A DNA stretch of 64,000 bases, from positions 13,144,001 through 13,208,000 of the forward strand of contig NC_047032.1 of NCBI RefSeq assembly GCF_902652985.1, written 5' to 3'. Position 1 is the first letter of the stretch. Every line of letters starts with the position of its first letter. Both the position numbers and the translations under genes were made by a program. Below are positions 41,730 through 54,495 of this stretch, piece by piece. The stretch is from Pecten maximus. Lineage: Eukaryota. The notes beneath the pieces were generated by a model. It saw nothing but the letters and a program-made list of their open reading frames with translations, searched no databases and was not told where the DNA came from.

Positions 41730-42844
41730 TTTTGGACGTCGCTCTCTTTGATCCAACTGTTAAATTTCTTTGGATAACCAAGCCATTTTACATATACTTC
41801 CTGAATTCCGTTTCTCTTTCGTCGTTTTAACACCCTTTCCACCTTGAACAAGTCATCCCTCCCTTTGTTGACCTTTTGTAGTTCGCTGTTATAAAAAGTT
41901 CCAGCTATCGAATCTCCGTCGTAGTCAATGATTTTATAGATAGGTATACCTTGACGAAGGTACCTCGTCTTGATGGTGAAAACCTCTTCTGTCCATTTTT
42001 GCTCAAAATCACGTTGGAATGTGCGTCTGTTGGCCGATATTCTTACTACATCGCCAACTTTAAACTTGAAAGGTTTTGAGCTTTTCTTTTTCTTAACTAT
42101 CCTAGGTTTCTTCGAGTCAACATACAAATGTTTCCACACCAATGCTTCATTGGACTTCTCAATACCATCCGGTGATTTACCATCTAGAACACTGTGGGGC
42201 CTGGCATTGTAATTGTGGACGATATCCTGTAGAACATCTAAGTAGTGATGGGTCCGGTTGTGAGTGAAATAGCAATACATCAACACTTTCAGTGTCCTGA
42301 TTACTCTCTCAGCATAATTTGCATGAGTGACGTTATGAGTGACATAATGCCCGACTCCCTCTTTGTCTAAATATTGTTTTACCCATCTATTTTTCCATTC
42401 ACTGCCCGGATCCGATCTGACCTCTTGTGGTTTTCTACCCTGACCAAATATGTGTTTGAATCCGTCAATGATAGACTGGTGTTGTTTATTCTTCAAAGGA
42501 ACAACCCACAAATGACGCGAAAACACGTCAATGGGAATGAATAAATATCGTATTCCATCGTTTTCTTTCTCTAGGTTAGAGACGTCAGCTAGATCAACAT
42601 CCCATAAAGCATCGATACCTTGAGATATTACTTTTCTAGTCTTAAACTTGTAGCGTAGAGGACGTTGTAAGCTGTAGGCGTCTATATCCTGAAGGAAACG
42701 ACGAATGGCATGAATTCCGATCTTGTACTTTCCTTCTTTTTTTTTTTTTTTTTTTAAATATTTGTAAATCTTTTCTGGTCCCGCATAACTGATAGGGTTG
42801 TTTAAATCAAAGTAGATATTATCCAAGTGTTCCTTCCAACCCAT
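41723..42844 (-). CDS. int: Retroviral-type (rve) DDE integrase with C-terminal chromodomain, intact ORF
   Basis: WDVDLAD, VRSDPGSEW and YAERVIRTLK catalytic motifs; FKVERVL...YVKWLGYPKKFNSWI chromodomain; likely start MGWKEH at 42844. Confidence 0.93.
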   Translation of the reverse strand: MGWKEHLDNIYFDLNNPISYAGPEKIYKYLKKKKKKEGKYKIGIHAIRRFLQDIDAYSLQRPLRYKFKTRKVISQGIDALWDVDLADVSNLEKENDGIRYLFIPIDVFSRHLWVVPLKNKQHQSIIDGFKHIFGQGRKPQEVRSDPGSEWKNRWVKQYLDKEGVGHYVTHNVTHANYAERVIRTLKVLMYCYFTHNRTHHYLDVLQDIVHNYNARPHSVLDGKSPDGIEKSNEALVWKHLYVDSKKPRIVKKKKSSKPFKFKVGDVVRISANRRTFQRDFEQKWTEEVFTIKTRYLRQGIPIYKIIDYDGDSIAGTFYNSELQKVNKGRDDLFKVERVLKRRKRNGIQEVYVKWLGYPKKFNSWIKESDVQNL

Positions 42845-42852
42845 ATTTAAAG

Positions 42853-42883
42853 AATGAATCACTTATCTTCTTAGTTTTTATAT
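42853..42883 (-). promoter_or_regulatory. TATA and Inr-like TCATT of the integrase gene
   Basis: TATAAAA at 42882-42876, TCATT at 42857-42853, ATG at 42844. Confidence 0.6.
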
Positions 42884-43135
42884 GTTTGTCTGAGGTAATA
42901 CACATCAACATTAGCTTATGTATACACATTATAAACTGTGCAAAAATAGCTATGATGAAATAAAGAGGAGGACTGTCGCAAATAATACGTTAAGTAAACG
43001 TTACAAAGCTTGGAAAAACCGAGAAATACTTAAAATAGCAATGATGCAATAAAGGGGAGGATCACCGCCCTGTATACACTTGTCGGGCTATGGATAAACA
43101 TGACGCAAGGTATATCCCCTACGGTTATAATTTCT

Positions 43136-43733
43136 ATTCTACCATGTTTGCTATGCAACGCTAGTTTTGATTGGTTTAAAACCATGTATTAGTTTCCAAT
43201 AATACACGGTCGGGAGTCACGGCTGTAACAATTTTATATATCTAATATTCACCCGTTTTATTTAAGGTCACCATAGCCTAGTGGTCTAATGGGCTAGTCT
43301 TTCATTAATTTTTATCACGACGCGAGTTCGAATCCTACGGAGGCCCACTTTTTTTTTTTTTTTATCCCTTCTTTTTATTTTCAAAATCAATGCCATATGA
43401 AAGATGCTCTTGATCGTAGTACTGTATTACCTGTATATTTCATCAACAAATAATGTAATACTCAAGAAATAAATCACAATGTTTTCTCGGGGTTTCTTTG
43501 CTGTTTTTCTATTAGAAAGAGGTCGATCTAAGAACTAAACAGTACATGGTAGAATAGAAATAATCAACTTTGACTCGTGTATTGTTGCAGGATATACAAC
43601 TCGGTCTCTGATATTTTGCAATTTTAATTAATAACTCAGGCCTGCGGCCTTCGTTATTAATTTAATTGCAAAATATCCTCGTCCTCGTTGTATATCCTGC
43701 AATAATACACGAATCATCGTTAATTATTTCTTA
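43136..43733. mobile_element. Hairpin-tailed non-autonomous element (Crypton-like architecture) nested in the right TIR; contains a tRNA-like segment
   Basis: Absent from the left TIR; asymmetric IR tttctattctaccatgt/acatggtagaatagaaa; ~165-bp terminal palindrome; A and B boxes at 43266-43347. Confidence 0.75.
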
Positions 43734-44637
43734 AATAATATCACATTAAGAATGCGTTCTAATTAGAGGTCACGGGGTCAATTCTTCATCCCTCACTGAT
43801 CCCTCACTTCAGGGAGGGATCCCTATGTAAACCTATGGGAGGGATAGGGTGGCGTAGAACTCTGATTTCCTATTCACGAGCACATCGCATTTTTTTCATG
43901 GGATAGTTTCGACTTTCCGAGTTTGTTATATCAGTGTGTAAAATTTCTTATACAGTTCAGGCACCTACTTATTTAACTTCCAAACCTAAGTGAGAACCTT
44001 CTTAAGAAGTAGACTCGTATCCTGTGTCAAAATTTATAAAATGGTGGGTCAAATAAAATCAAGAGAGATGTGAATGAAAGTCTAAAGATGCTGTCATTTG
44101 TATTTAAAACGCAATAATGACATTTATAATGCAGAGTTGACATTTTTTTCGGGATTTATAAATTACTAAGCTTAAGTCGTTTAAGTTCCATGCCGTTCAC
44201 CACATCCTGAAAAAATTCTTCTCTCTGTAAAATTGGACTAGTTGTCTCCCCTTTATGAATCTATAAAACTGAAAATCAACAAGCCGCGCGTGCCTTTATT
44301 GGCTTCTATCGTATACTGAAACGCGAGTTCCCAGGATGGCGGCATCTCTCGCTTGAAACATAAAACCCGATTATTTTCCTCTTTTACAATGTAACGGATG
44401 TAAAATCATAACCTGAATAGTTCCGTCAAATATTGACTGATATAGTTTATAAAATTTCATCGCAAATGGAGAGTTCCCGTCTAGTTTTCTTCAATCTCAT
44501 TAAAATGACACTTGTACATGTACATGTAATTTCCGCTCCTCTACGATCCACTGCAAAACAAGATATAAAAATATCCTGTAAACTGAGATAATTTTTATTT
44601 CAAATTCTGTTGACATAGATGAAGATTAACATCTCGG

Positions 44638-44639
<2 letters not shown>

Positions 44640-44699
<60 letters not shown>

Positions 44700-44712
44700 A
44701 GGGGGGGGGGGG
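44640..44712. repeat. (TG)n microsatellite followed by poly-G
   Basis: Direct reading. Confidence 0.95.
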
Positions 44713-44804
44713 TAATATAAATGCCATATACAGTTATGTTATGAAGAAAATAAATGTATTAAGAATATTGAAAGTTTTGCTACATGTAAATCGAAATTAT
44801 CTTT

Positions 44805-44942
44805 TAAAAAATTATACATCATTTATCTTGCCGGTTTAAGAATGTGAGTTTGAAGTATGGGATGGTTGTACTAAATTTGAAACTGAATTTTTAGAGAGAG
44901 CTCAATGGGAAGCTGTCCGTATCGTAACCGGCCTTCCAACCT
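44805..44942 (+). mobile_element. CR1/L2 LINE fragment
   Basis: YTSFILPV*..EVWDGC...LERAQWEAVRIVTGLP. Confidence 0.75.
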
Positions 44943-46092
44943 TCAATGTTTTGAGCTCGGGAAGTTATGAATGAAATGACTCCGATGGGTGAGATATCCC
45001 GGGATGTAGTACACGGGGTGGTAGGTCATGAGTCTTCTCATTCTAATCAATCGTATTATAGAGACCACAGAACCAAATCAAAATGTAAATGTAAAATATA
45101 TAGAAAAAAAAATTATATTTAAAGTTAATTTTGTATAGCCTTTTTTTTCAGAGGAGTTAATTAAGTGTGTATTTTATTGTAAATTTAGGTGAATTCTTGG
45201 TGGTGAATTCAAAACAAGATAGTGGCCCCAATATAAAAAAGGTCAAATTGGTAGAAATTTTAAACATTATATTTACAGATTTCCGATATGACATTCTTCA
45301 AAATGATGGCTAGTGGACCAGTGTTGAAAACTCCGTTTAAGCAGGACAGTGGTAAACGTTAACATTATCGTCTATGGGAAATCATTTGGTTCCGTGGTTC
45401 CTATATGTGCGGTATACGTATGTAGTGTTGTTGCTTTAAGTTAATAGGGCTCCAATAGGGGAAACTTCAAGGACAGAGTCCCCAATAAGGGAACATTCCC
45501 GAGTCCGACTATTCTTTGAAAAAATATTATACAAAATTACGCAATCACACTGTCGAACGAATTGCCAGATCCCAATGGGGGGACTTTCCAGGACAAAGTC
45601 CCCAGTGGTGAAACATCCCCGAACCTGACAATTATTCATGCGGGGCTTGTCATATACGAATGAATATGATTACATAACATTACACAATATATAAAGGCAT
45701 ATATGTACCATGAGAGAAATATGAGAACGACAGCATATATGTCGAAAACGCTCTCGTCTTTATTAATTACAAAATTGGGAATGAAATGTCCCTTACAAGA
45801 ATTCCTCCCTGGCCGTAGGTATGTAACAGCCCCTTTATATGTCTACAAGCTGGGGAGTGGTGGGTATATGGTGGTGGATAATGAAATTTACAGTCAGTTT
45901 TGATAAACGTCTGTTCTCAGTTACAACTACAAACAAAGTGAGACGGAAGTATTAGGCATTAGCCAATCAGACACCATTACACCCCTCGCTCCGCCTTCAC
46001 ACTTTTCATCAATTTGTGCCTGACTGCATGGCCCCTCATGCACTGACCAGCACCTGCATTGTTCTATTATATCATAGGTGTGTCAGAAGGTC

Positions 46093-47460
46093 ATACACAC
46101 TCGTCACACTAGTTACACTCGTACACACTCGTGCACACTCGTCACACTCGTACACACTCGTTCACACTCGTTCACACTCGTACACACTCGTCACACTCGT
46201 CACACTCGTACATACTCGTACACACTCGTCACACTTGTACACACTTGTACACACTCGTCACACACTCGTCACACTCGTACACACTCGTAAACAATCGTCA
46301 CGCTCGTACATACTCGTACACACTCGTCACACTTGTACACACTTGTACACACTCGTCACATACTCGTACACACTCGTCAACACTCCTCAAACTCATCACA
46401 CTCGTACACACTCGTACACATTCGTACACACTTGTCACAAACGTCACACTCATCACACTCGTACAAACTCGTCAGACTCGTGAACACTCGTACACACTCG
46501 TCACACTCGTGCACACTCGTCACATTCGTACGCACTCGTCTCATTCGTTCACACTCGTCACACTCGTCACACGCGTACGCACTCGTCACACTCATACACA
46601 CCCATACACACTCGTACACGCTCGTCACACTCGTACACACTCGTCACACTCGTACACACCCATACACACTCGTACACACTCGTACACACTCGTACACACT
46701 CGTACACACTCGTCACACTCGTCAAACTCGTACACACTTGTCACACTCGTACACACTCGTCACACTCGTACACACTCGTCACACTCGTACACACTCGTAC
46801 ACATTCGTAAACACTCGTAACACTCGTCACACTCGTACACTCTCGTCACACTCGTACACAATCGTCACACTCATCACACTCGTCACATTGTTCACACTCG
46901 TCACACTCGTACATACTCGTACACACACGTACACACTCGTCACAATCGTACACTTTCGTACACACTTGTTACAATCATCACACTCGTCACACTCGTACAC
47001 ACACTCATACACACACATTCACACTCGTCACACACGTACACACTCGTCACACTCGTACACACTCGTACACATTCGTAAACACTCGTAACACTCGTCACAC
47101 TCGTCACACTCATCACACTCGTCACACTCGTACACACTCGTCACACACGTACACACTCGTCACACACGTACACACTCGTCACACTCGTACACACTCGTAC
47201 TTTTCGTACACACTCGTCACACTCGTACACACCGTCACACTCGTACACACTCGTCACACGCGTCCACACTCATCACACTCGTCACATTGTTCACATTCAT
47301 CACACTCGTACATACTCGTACACACAAGTACACACTCGTCACAATCGTACACTTTCGTACACACTTGTTACAATCATCACACAAGTACACACTCGTACAC
47401 ACACTCGTACACACTCGTCACACACGTACACACTTGTTCACACTCGTCACACTCTTACAC
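46093..47460. repeat. Minisatellite of interspersed 9-bp CACACTCGT and 10-bp ACACACTCGT units
   Basis: Direct reading; explains all His/Thr-rich ORFs in this region. Confidence 0.95.
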
Positions 47461-48079
47461 ATTCCATTGATGGTCATTTCAACAAAGCACACACAGAAGT
47501 GGGAGCATGAAGAAGTGATATTTAACCATTAACAAAAATTGTGGACACTAATAGAAAAAATATTGGTAAACCAAGTTTATTGAGACAATAAACAATAATT
47601 TAGTCAAAAATCAAATACTATCTTGTCTCTCTTTCAATCTCTTGTTTATCCAATAATATGCATTGAATGCAAAATGTATCATAAAAAAACAAACAAAAGG
47701 AAAAGGATTTCGACTTCCTTAATTGCCAATTGCTAGAAACTTCCGAGACACCTACTTATGACCAGGAGTTGCTTCCCCTACACCATTATTACAATGTTAT
47801 GTACTTTGTGTAAGAATTGGAGATGTTGCTAGCATTTTATGGGTCATGGTTAGTAACAGACATCTAAAAACAATACATACAAATACAATGAGATCTTTAA
47901 AACACAGCCTTCAATCATTCACTTGTAATTGTAATTAATATTGATAAAGAGCACGACTGTATTGGGAGTTGAAGCAATAAATATTGAAAGGGCACCTTGT
48001 TGTAGCAAAACAAGGTGTAATTAATGTTATTAATGAGCTCATGGATATATTTATCGGTCGAACTCTCGGATTAAAAAAG

Positions 48080-51000
48080 TATATCACCTGAAAGATTACT
48101 GAAGACCTCTGGGACTAAAGTATACCAGCTGAAGGGTAACTGTCGACCTCTGGGACTAAAATATACCAGATGAAAGATAACTGTCGACTTCTAACTGTCG
48201 ACCTCTGGGACTAAAGTATACCAGCTGAAAAGTAACTGTTGACCTCTGGGACTAAAACATACTAGCTGAAAGGTAACTGTCGACCTCTGGGACTAAAATA
48301 TACCAGCTGGAAGGTAACAGTTGACCTCTTGGACTAAAATATACCAGCTGGAAGGTAACTGTCAACCTCTGGGACTAAAACATACCAGCTGACAAGTAAC
48401 TGTTGACCTCTGGGACTAAAATATACCACCTGGAAGGTAACTGTCGACCTCTGGGACTAAAATATACCAGCTGAAGGTAACTGTTGACCTCTGGGACTAA
48501 AATATACCAGCTGGAAGGTAGCTGTTGACCTGTGGGACTAAAATATACTAGCTGGAAGGTAACTGTCGACCTCTGGGACTAAAATATCCCAGCTGGAAGG
48601 TAACTGTCGACCTCTCGGACTAAAATATACCAGCTGACAGGTAACTGTTGACCTCTCGGACTAAAATATACCAGCTGACAGGTAACTGTTGACCTCTTGG
48701 ACTAAAATATACCAGCTGACAGGTAACTGTTGACCTGTGGGACTAAAATATACCAGCTGAAAGGTAACTGTCGACCTCTGGGACTAAAGTATACCAGCTG
48801 AAGGGTAACTGTCGACCACTGGGACTAAAATATACCAGCTGGAAGGTAACTGTTGACCTCTGGGACTAAAATATACTAGCCGACAGGTAACTGTCGACCT
48901 CTGGGACTAAAATATACCAGCTGAAAGTTAACTGTCGACCTCTGGGACTAAAATATACCAGCTGAAAGGTAACTGTCGACATCTGGGACTAAAATATACC
49001 AGCTGGAAGGTAACAGTTGTCCTCTGGGACTAAAATATACCAGCTGACAGGTAACTGTCGACCTCTGGGACTAAAATATACCAGCTGGAAGGTAACAGTT
49101 GTCCTCTGGGACTAAAATATACCAGCTGACAGGTAACTGTCGACCTCTGGGACTAAAATATACCAGCTGACAGGTAACTGTCGACCTCTGGGACTAAAGT
49201 ATACCAGCGAAAAGGATACTGTCGACCTCTGGGACTAAAATATACCAGCTGAAGGGTAACTGTCGACCTCTGGGACTAAAATATACCAGATGAAAGATAA
49301 CTGTCGACTTCTAACTGCCGACCTCTGGGACTAAAGTATACCAGCTGACATGTAACTGTTGACCTCTCGGACTAAAATATACCAGCTGACAAGGAACTGT
49401 TGACCTCTGGGACTAAAATATACCAGCTGACAGGTAACTGTTGACCTGTGGGACTAAAATATACCAGCTGAAAGGTAACTGTCGACCTCTGGGACTAAAA
49501 TATACCAGCTGACAGGTAACTGTTGACCTCTCGGACTAAAATATACTAGCTGACAGGTAACTGTTGACCTGTGGGACTAAAATATACCAGCTGGAAGGTA
49601 ACTGTCGACCTCTGGGACTAAAATATACCAGCTGACAGGTAACTGTCGACCTCTGGGACTAAAGTATACCAGCGAAAAGGATACTGTCGACCTCTGGGAC
49701 TAAAATATACCAGCTGGAAGGTAACTGTCGACCTCTGGGACTAAAATATACCAGATGAAAGATAACTGTCGACTTCTAACTGCCGACCTCTGGGACTAAA
49801 GTATACCAGCTGACATGTAACTGTTGACCTCTCGGACTAAAATATACCAGCTGACAAGGAACTGTTGACCTCTGGGACTAAAATATACCAGCTGACAGGT
49901 AACTGTTGACCTGTGGGACTAAAATATACCAGCTGAAAGGTAACTGTCGACCTCTGGGACTAAAATATACCAGCTGACAGGTAACTGTTGACCTCTCGGA
50001 CTAAAATATACTAGCTGACAGGTAACTGTTGACCTGTGGGACTAAAATATACCAGCTGGAAGGTAACTGTCAACCTCTGGGACTAAAACATACCAGCTGA
50101 CAAGTAACTGTTGACCTGTGGGACTAAAATATATCACCTGGAAGGTAACTGTCGACCTCTGGGACTAAAATATCCCAGCTGGAAGGTAACTGTCGACCTC
50201 TCGGACTAAAATATACCAGCTGACAGGTAACTGTTGACCTCTGGGACTAAAGTATACCAGCGAAAAGGATACTGTCGACCTCTGGGACTAAAATATACCA
50301 GCTGGAAGGTAACTGTCGACCTCTGGGACTAAAATATACCAGCTGACAAGTAACAGTTGACCTCTAGGACTAAAACATACCACCTGGAAGGTAACTGTCG
50401 ATCTCTGGGACTAAAATATACCAGCTGGAAGGTCACTGTCAACCTCTGGGACTAAAATATACCAGATGAAAGATAACTGTCGACTTCTAACTGCCGACCT
50501 CTGGGACTAAAATATACCAGCTGAAAGGTAACTGTTGACCTCTGGGACTAAAATATACCAGATGACAGGTAACTGTTGACCTCTGGGACTAAAATATATC
50601 AGCTGACAGGTAACTGTCGACCTCTGGGACTAAAATATACCAGCTGGAAGGTAACTGTCGACCTCTGGGACTAAAATATACCAGCTGACAGGTAACTGTT
50701 GACCTCTGGGACTAAAAATACCAGCTGACAAGTAACTGTTGACCTCTGGGACTAAAATATACCAGCTGGAAGGTAACTGTCAACTTCTGGGACTAAAACA
50801 TACCAGCTGAAGGTAGCTGTTGACCTCTGGGACTAAAATATACCAGCTGGAAGGTAACTGTCGACCTCTGGGACTAAAATATACCAGCTGGAAGGTAACA
50901 GTTGTCCTCTGGGACTAAAATATACCAGCTGGAAGGTAACTGTCGACCTCTGGGACTAAAATATACCAGCTGGAAGGTAACTGTCGACCTCTGGGACTAA

Positions 51001-51219
51001 AATATACCAGCTGGAAGGTAACAGTTGTCCTCTGGGACTAAAATATACCAGCTGGAAGGTAACTGTCGACCTCTGGGACTAAAATATACCAGCTGACAGG
51101 TAACTGTTGACCTCTAGGACTAAAATATACCACCTGGAAGGTAACTGTCGACCTCTGGGACTAAAGTATACCAGCTGACAGGTAACTGTCGACCTCTTGG
51201 ACTAAAATATACCAGCTGG
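48080..51219. repeat. Satellite array, 41-bp monomer (GGTAACTGTCGACCTCTGGGACTAAAATATACCAGCTGGAA), ~75 copies
   Basis: Period measured directly, e.g. 50822 to 50863. Confidence 0.97.
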
Positions 51220-51751
51220 TAGATAACGGTATAGAACTTTATAGGCAGATACTTATAAACCCAGTTTATGAATACAGATTTTAGAAAAAATAAGCATTAA
51301 AAGTAGAGGGATTCAAAAGTGCCTAGCGAATGTTAGTAACTAAATGATTTATATAAACCGCATTTAATTGGATAGCCACGCGATCATGCGACATCCAGAT
51401 GATCAGGAAAAGGCAGAGTTGAGAGCTGTTACGTACACTTGAAAATAGGATATATATATGTGTGTATATATTTGATTTGATGCACATCTGCACAACCATA
51501 TTTACATATATATTCAGAGAAAATCTTGTCTCATGAATAGCCAAACGATCACGTGATCATACCAGATAGAGTGTGTCATTAAAACGCTCAAGTAGCAAAG
51601 TGCGGTATACTGAGGCGGCGGAGATGGGGGGTAGCTGGAAATATTAAATTAGTTGGAAGCGAATTGTGTTAAGGATTATGATATAGTGTAAAGAAATGGA
51701 TGAATTTGGATTGGAAACAACATACCTGATAGAAAACAATATATTATATAA

Positions 51752-52767
51752 GGGTCATCTATATAGCAGAATAGTGTTGAATTTCAAACACGAATAAATA
51801 CCTTAAGATTTGCACAAAAAATGTCATGTAATATACCAAAATGTTTGTTTGGACATGTAGCTTCTTACAATCACCAATATTATGCTATAGATGCTACCAG
51901 TTTCTTCTGTAGAGTAACTTTGTGGTCAGATTTGGCATGGAATAATTCTAAGTCACGCAAATGATCAAACCTGAAAAATAGCTATGCTGTTATGTTCACA
52001 AGTGTCTATAGCACAGGGTAGGAGCATTTGTTTGACCAGATTTTACTTTATGTACGTATAAACACTTATTTTGTTTTGACCTTGAAATGCAAATGGCGGC
52101 TGAGAATAATATTACACAAATATGGCTTACAGGAGGCATTTCAGTCAATAACAAAACTCCTATATCGTACTTTTAAGACATCTCATCATAGTAACATGAA
52201 CATTTTAATGTCAATTTGTTAAACTGGTGAGTTTGCAGCCTTTTTCAGAAATAGTCATATTTTACCCCAAACTCAGCGGTTGAAAATTTTTTCATAAAAG
52301 TAGTCTTCTTGCCACTTCAAGAATACTTTATATTGTCTAATAAGAGCATTTTTGATGTTTTAAATACCTTCTTATATGCCATATTTGTGTGATATCATTC
52401 ACGACCGCCATTTGCAATTCAAGGTCAAAATAAAAACATCGTTTATACATATGATAACGTAAAAGCTGGTCAAACCAATGCTCCTATATTGTGCTTTAGA
52501 TACTTGTGAGCAAAACGACATGGCAAGTTTGCGTAATATATGGAATACAAATGAGTTAATTATGTCCCCCTGAAACATGCATTTTTCATACGTTTTGTTG
52601 AAATTTACAAACAGCTTAACAAATTACATGTCAACAGCAAGTCCCAGGGTTTCCCATGATACATATTAAAAGTTCATCATGCTACTTCTGTGACATTGCA
52701 CCATAATAGGGATTTATAGGCCTGTAAAATATCAATGTTTTGACAGGATTTGCTGTTTAGATGCCCC
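51752..52767. mobile_element. Kolobok-like non-autonomous element with an internal ~140-bp inverted repeat
   Basis: GGGTCATCTA...TAGATGCCCC|TTAA; 52010-52145 is the inverse of 52360-52500. Confidence 0.6.
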
Positions 52768-53269
52768 TTAATTCCTTACATTTCATTCTAGAGAGGCAGA
52801 TGTGTGTTCACCATTACGAAAAGTCAAAATCTCGCGAACGATTGAGTAACCAATCAGACAACATATAGAAAAAACAATAAACCAATCAGACATCTGATAT
52901 AAAAGGAATACTTTGTCTACATGAGCAAGGATTGAGGAATAACAAATTAAAAATTCCATTGCCATCAAAATTAAAAATGTATTTTATTGCCATTTTATGA
53001 TCTAGAGATCCAGTAGACCAGACCTAAAACAACAGTATCTCCTTCCGGATTTCGTACCGGATGCCGCACAGAATATGACTGCACGTCTTAAACTTCCGGA
53101 ATATCTCCTACCCTCCCTTCTTTAAGCTAATTTCATATCTATACAGCCTTTTTGGCTCAACATGCGAGTTGATTACGTACATAAGTAATAAAACGGAAAT
53201 AAGATATAATTTTGTCTAAACTATCGTGGCCGTGTTCCTCGTAAACACATTAAATATAAAATACACATA

Positions 53270-53504
53270 CTGTATAGTGGGTAGTATTTGCGAGGGATTT
53301 AAATTCGCTATATTCGCGATAATTAAATGTAGCGTGAAAATAAATAAACAGCCATCATATGTGTGTTTATATATAAAATCAGGACACATCAATGCTAACT
53401 GTAGAATGCATACAAGTCGGTGCTGTGCGAAATTTAACACCCAGAACTAGTTCCGATTGGGGGGAACCGCGAATATAAACCCGCGAAATTTAACAACTCT
53501 ACAG
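53270..53504. mobile_element. TA-flanked MITE; partial copy at 57128-57205
   Basis: TA|CTGTA...TACAG|TA ends with tcgcg/cgcga subterminal repeats. Confidence 0.7.
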
Positions 53505-54495
53505 TACTATTTACTTGACAGGTTGCAATTATCCAATGCAGAGCCAAGAAGTACACGATTAAGATTAAGATAATCAAACATAAATGTTATCAGAACGTAA
53601 TGAACAGTATTTGCATTGTCGGGATAGGATACCAAGTACACACGCCCAAACATATTCTTAAATTTAACTGGCACTTGTCAATTTCAATATGTACATGTAT
53701 AGGGTAGATGTGTATGGGGAATAAGGCAATGCTGTGTCCACACAATTCCCAATGATAATTTACATGGAAATTTGGCTATTTCAAAATTATCACACTTTTG
53801 CTTTTTTAAAATGATTAAGCAATCAGAAAACTACCATGCGAAAATGTGACTTTCCTCATGCGGTACTGACGTGCAGAAACACTAATATGAAGAGATGTAG
53901 GAACTAGTTAGATGGGAACTTTTATTGACAAGTTTGTTTCACCTTCATACATGTAAGTATGTTTCCAATTATTGAGTTTCAAATATTTTTATTGATATTT
54001 ATGCACTTAACGTAAAATTCATTATAGAAATAGTATTTTTAATAAAAATTGCATCATTGATTATGCACTCATTCATTGACTTTAAATTATCAGTGTGAAG
54101 TAAAGATCAAACTGTTAAGCATGAACTCTTGGTGCAGATCACAGGATCAGCTGTACCTAAATAGCTTATGAATACTACGGTAAAGCAATGCGCAACATCA
54201 GAACACATTTGGATAAAATGCATGCAATCAGCGGTTCAACTTGTTTAACAATGAACCAAATTACATTGAACACTCGTCAAAGAATTCAAAATGTGAATCA
54301 AAGTTAATATATATATTTCAAGTCATGTGGTTCAGTCAAGTCAAGCTATCTATCATTCTAATTAAAACAAGCATAGCAGGAAACTGCTCGACACAAAACA
54401 ATAATTCCAGGTTCCCGTTTTGTACACAAGACTAAGCCTGGGTTTTAGTCTAGATTTACATGATGGACGTCGTTGTTGAAACCACTGTGGTCTCC

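Larger units (their letters stand above)
34918..43876. mobile_element. Polinton/Maverick (adintovirus-like) element, ~9 kb, capsid-less
   Basis: TIRs 34918-35253 and 42943-43876 (the right one interrupted by an insertion); contains pPolB, packaging ATPase and rve integrase. Confidence 0.92.

Noticed and set aside
43266-43347. Functional tRNA gene
   Set aside because: A and B boxes are present but no convincing anticodon arm or acceptor stem; it lies inside a mobile element
46016-47532. His/Thr-rich ORFs up to 251 aa
   Set aside because: Open in several frames only because the minisatellite lacks stop codons
48080-51219. CRISPR-like array
   Set aside because: Head-to-tail monomers with no unique spacers, no cas genes, eukaryotic context
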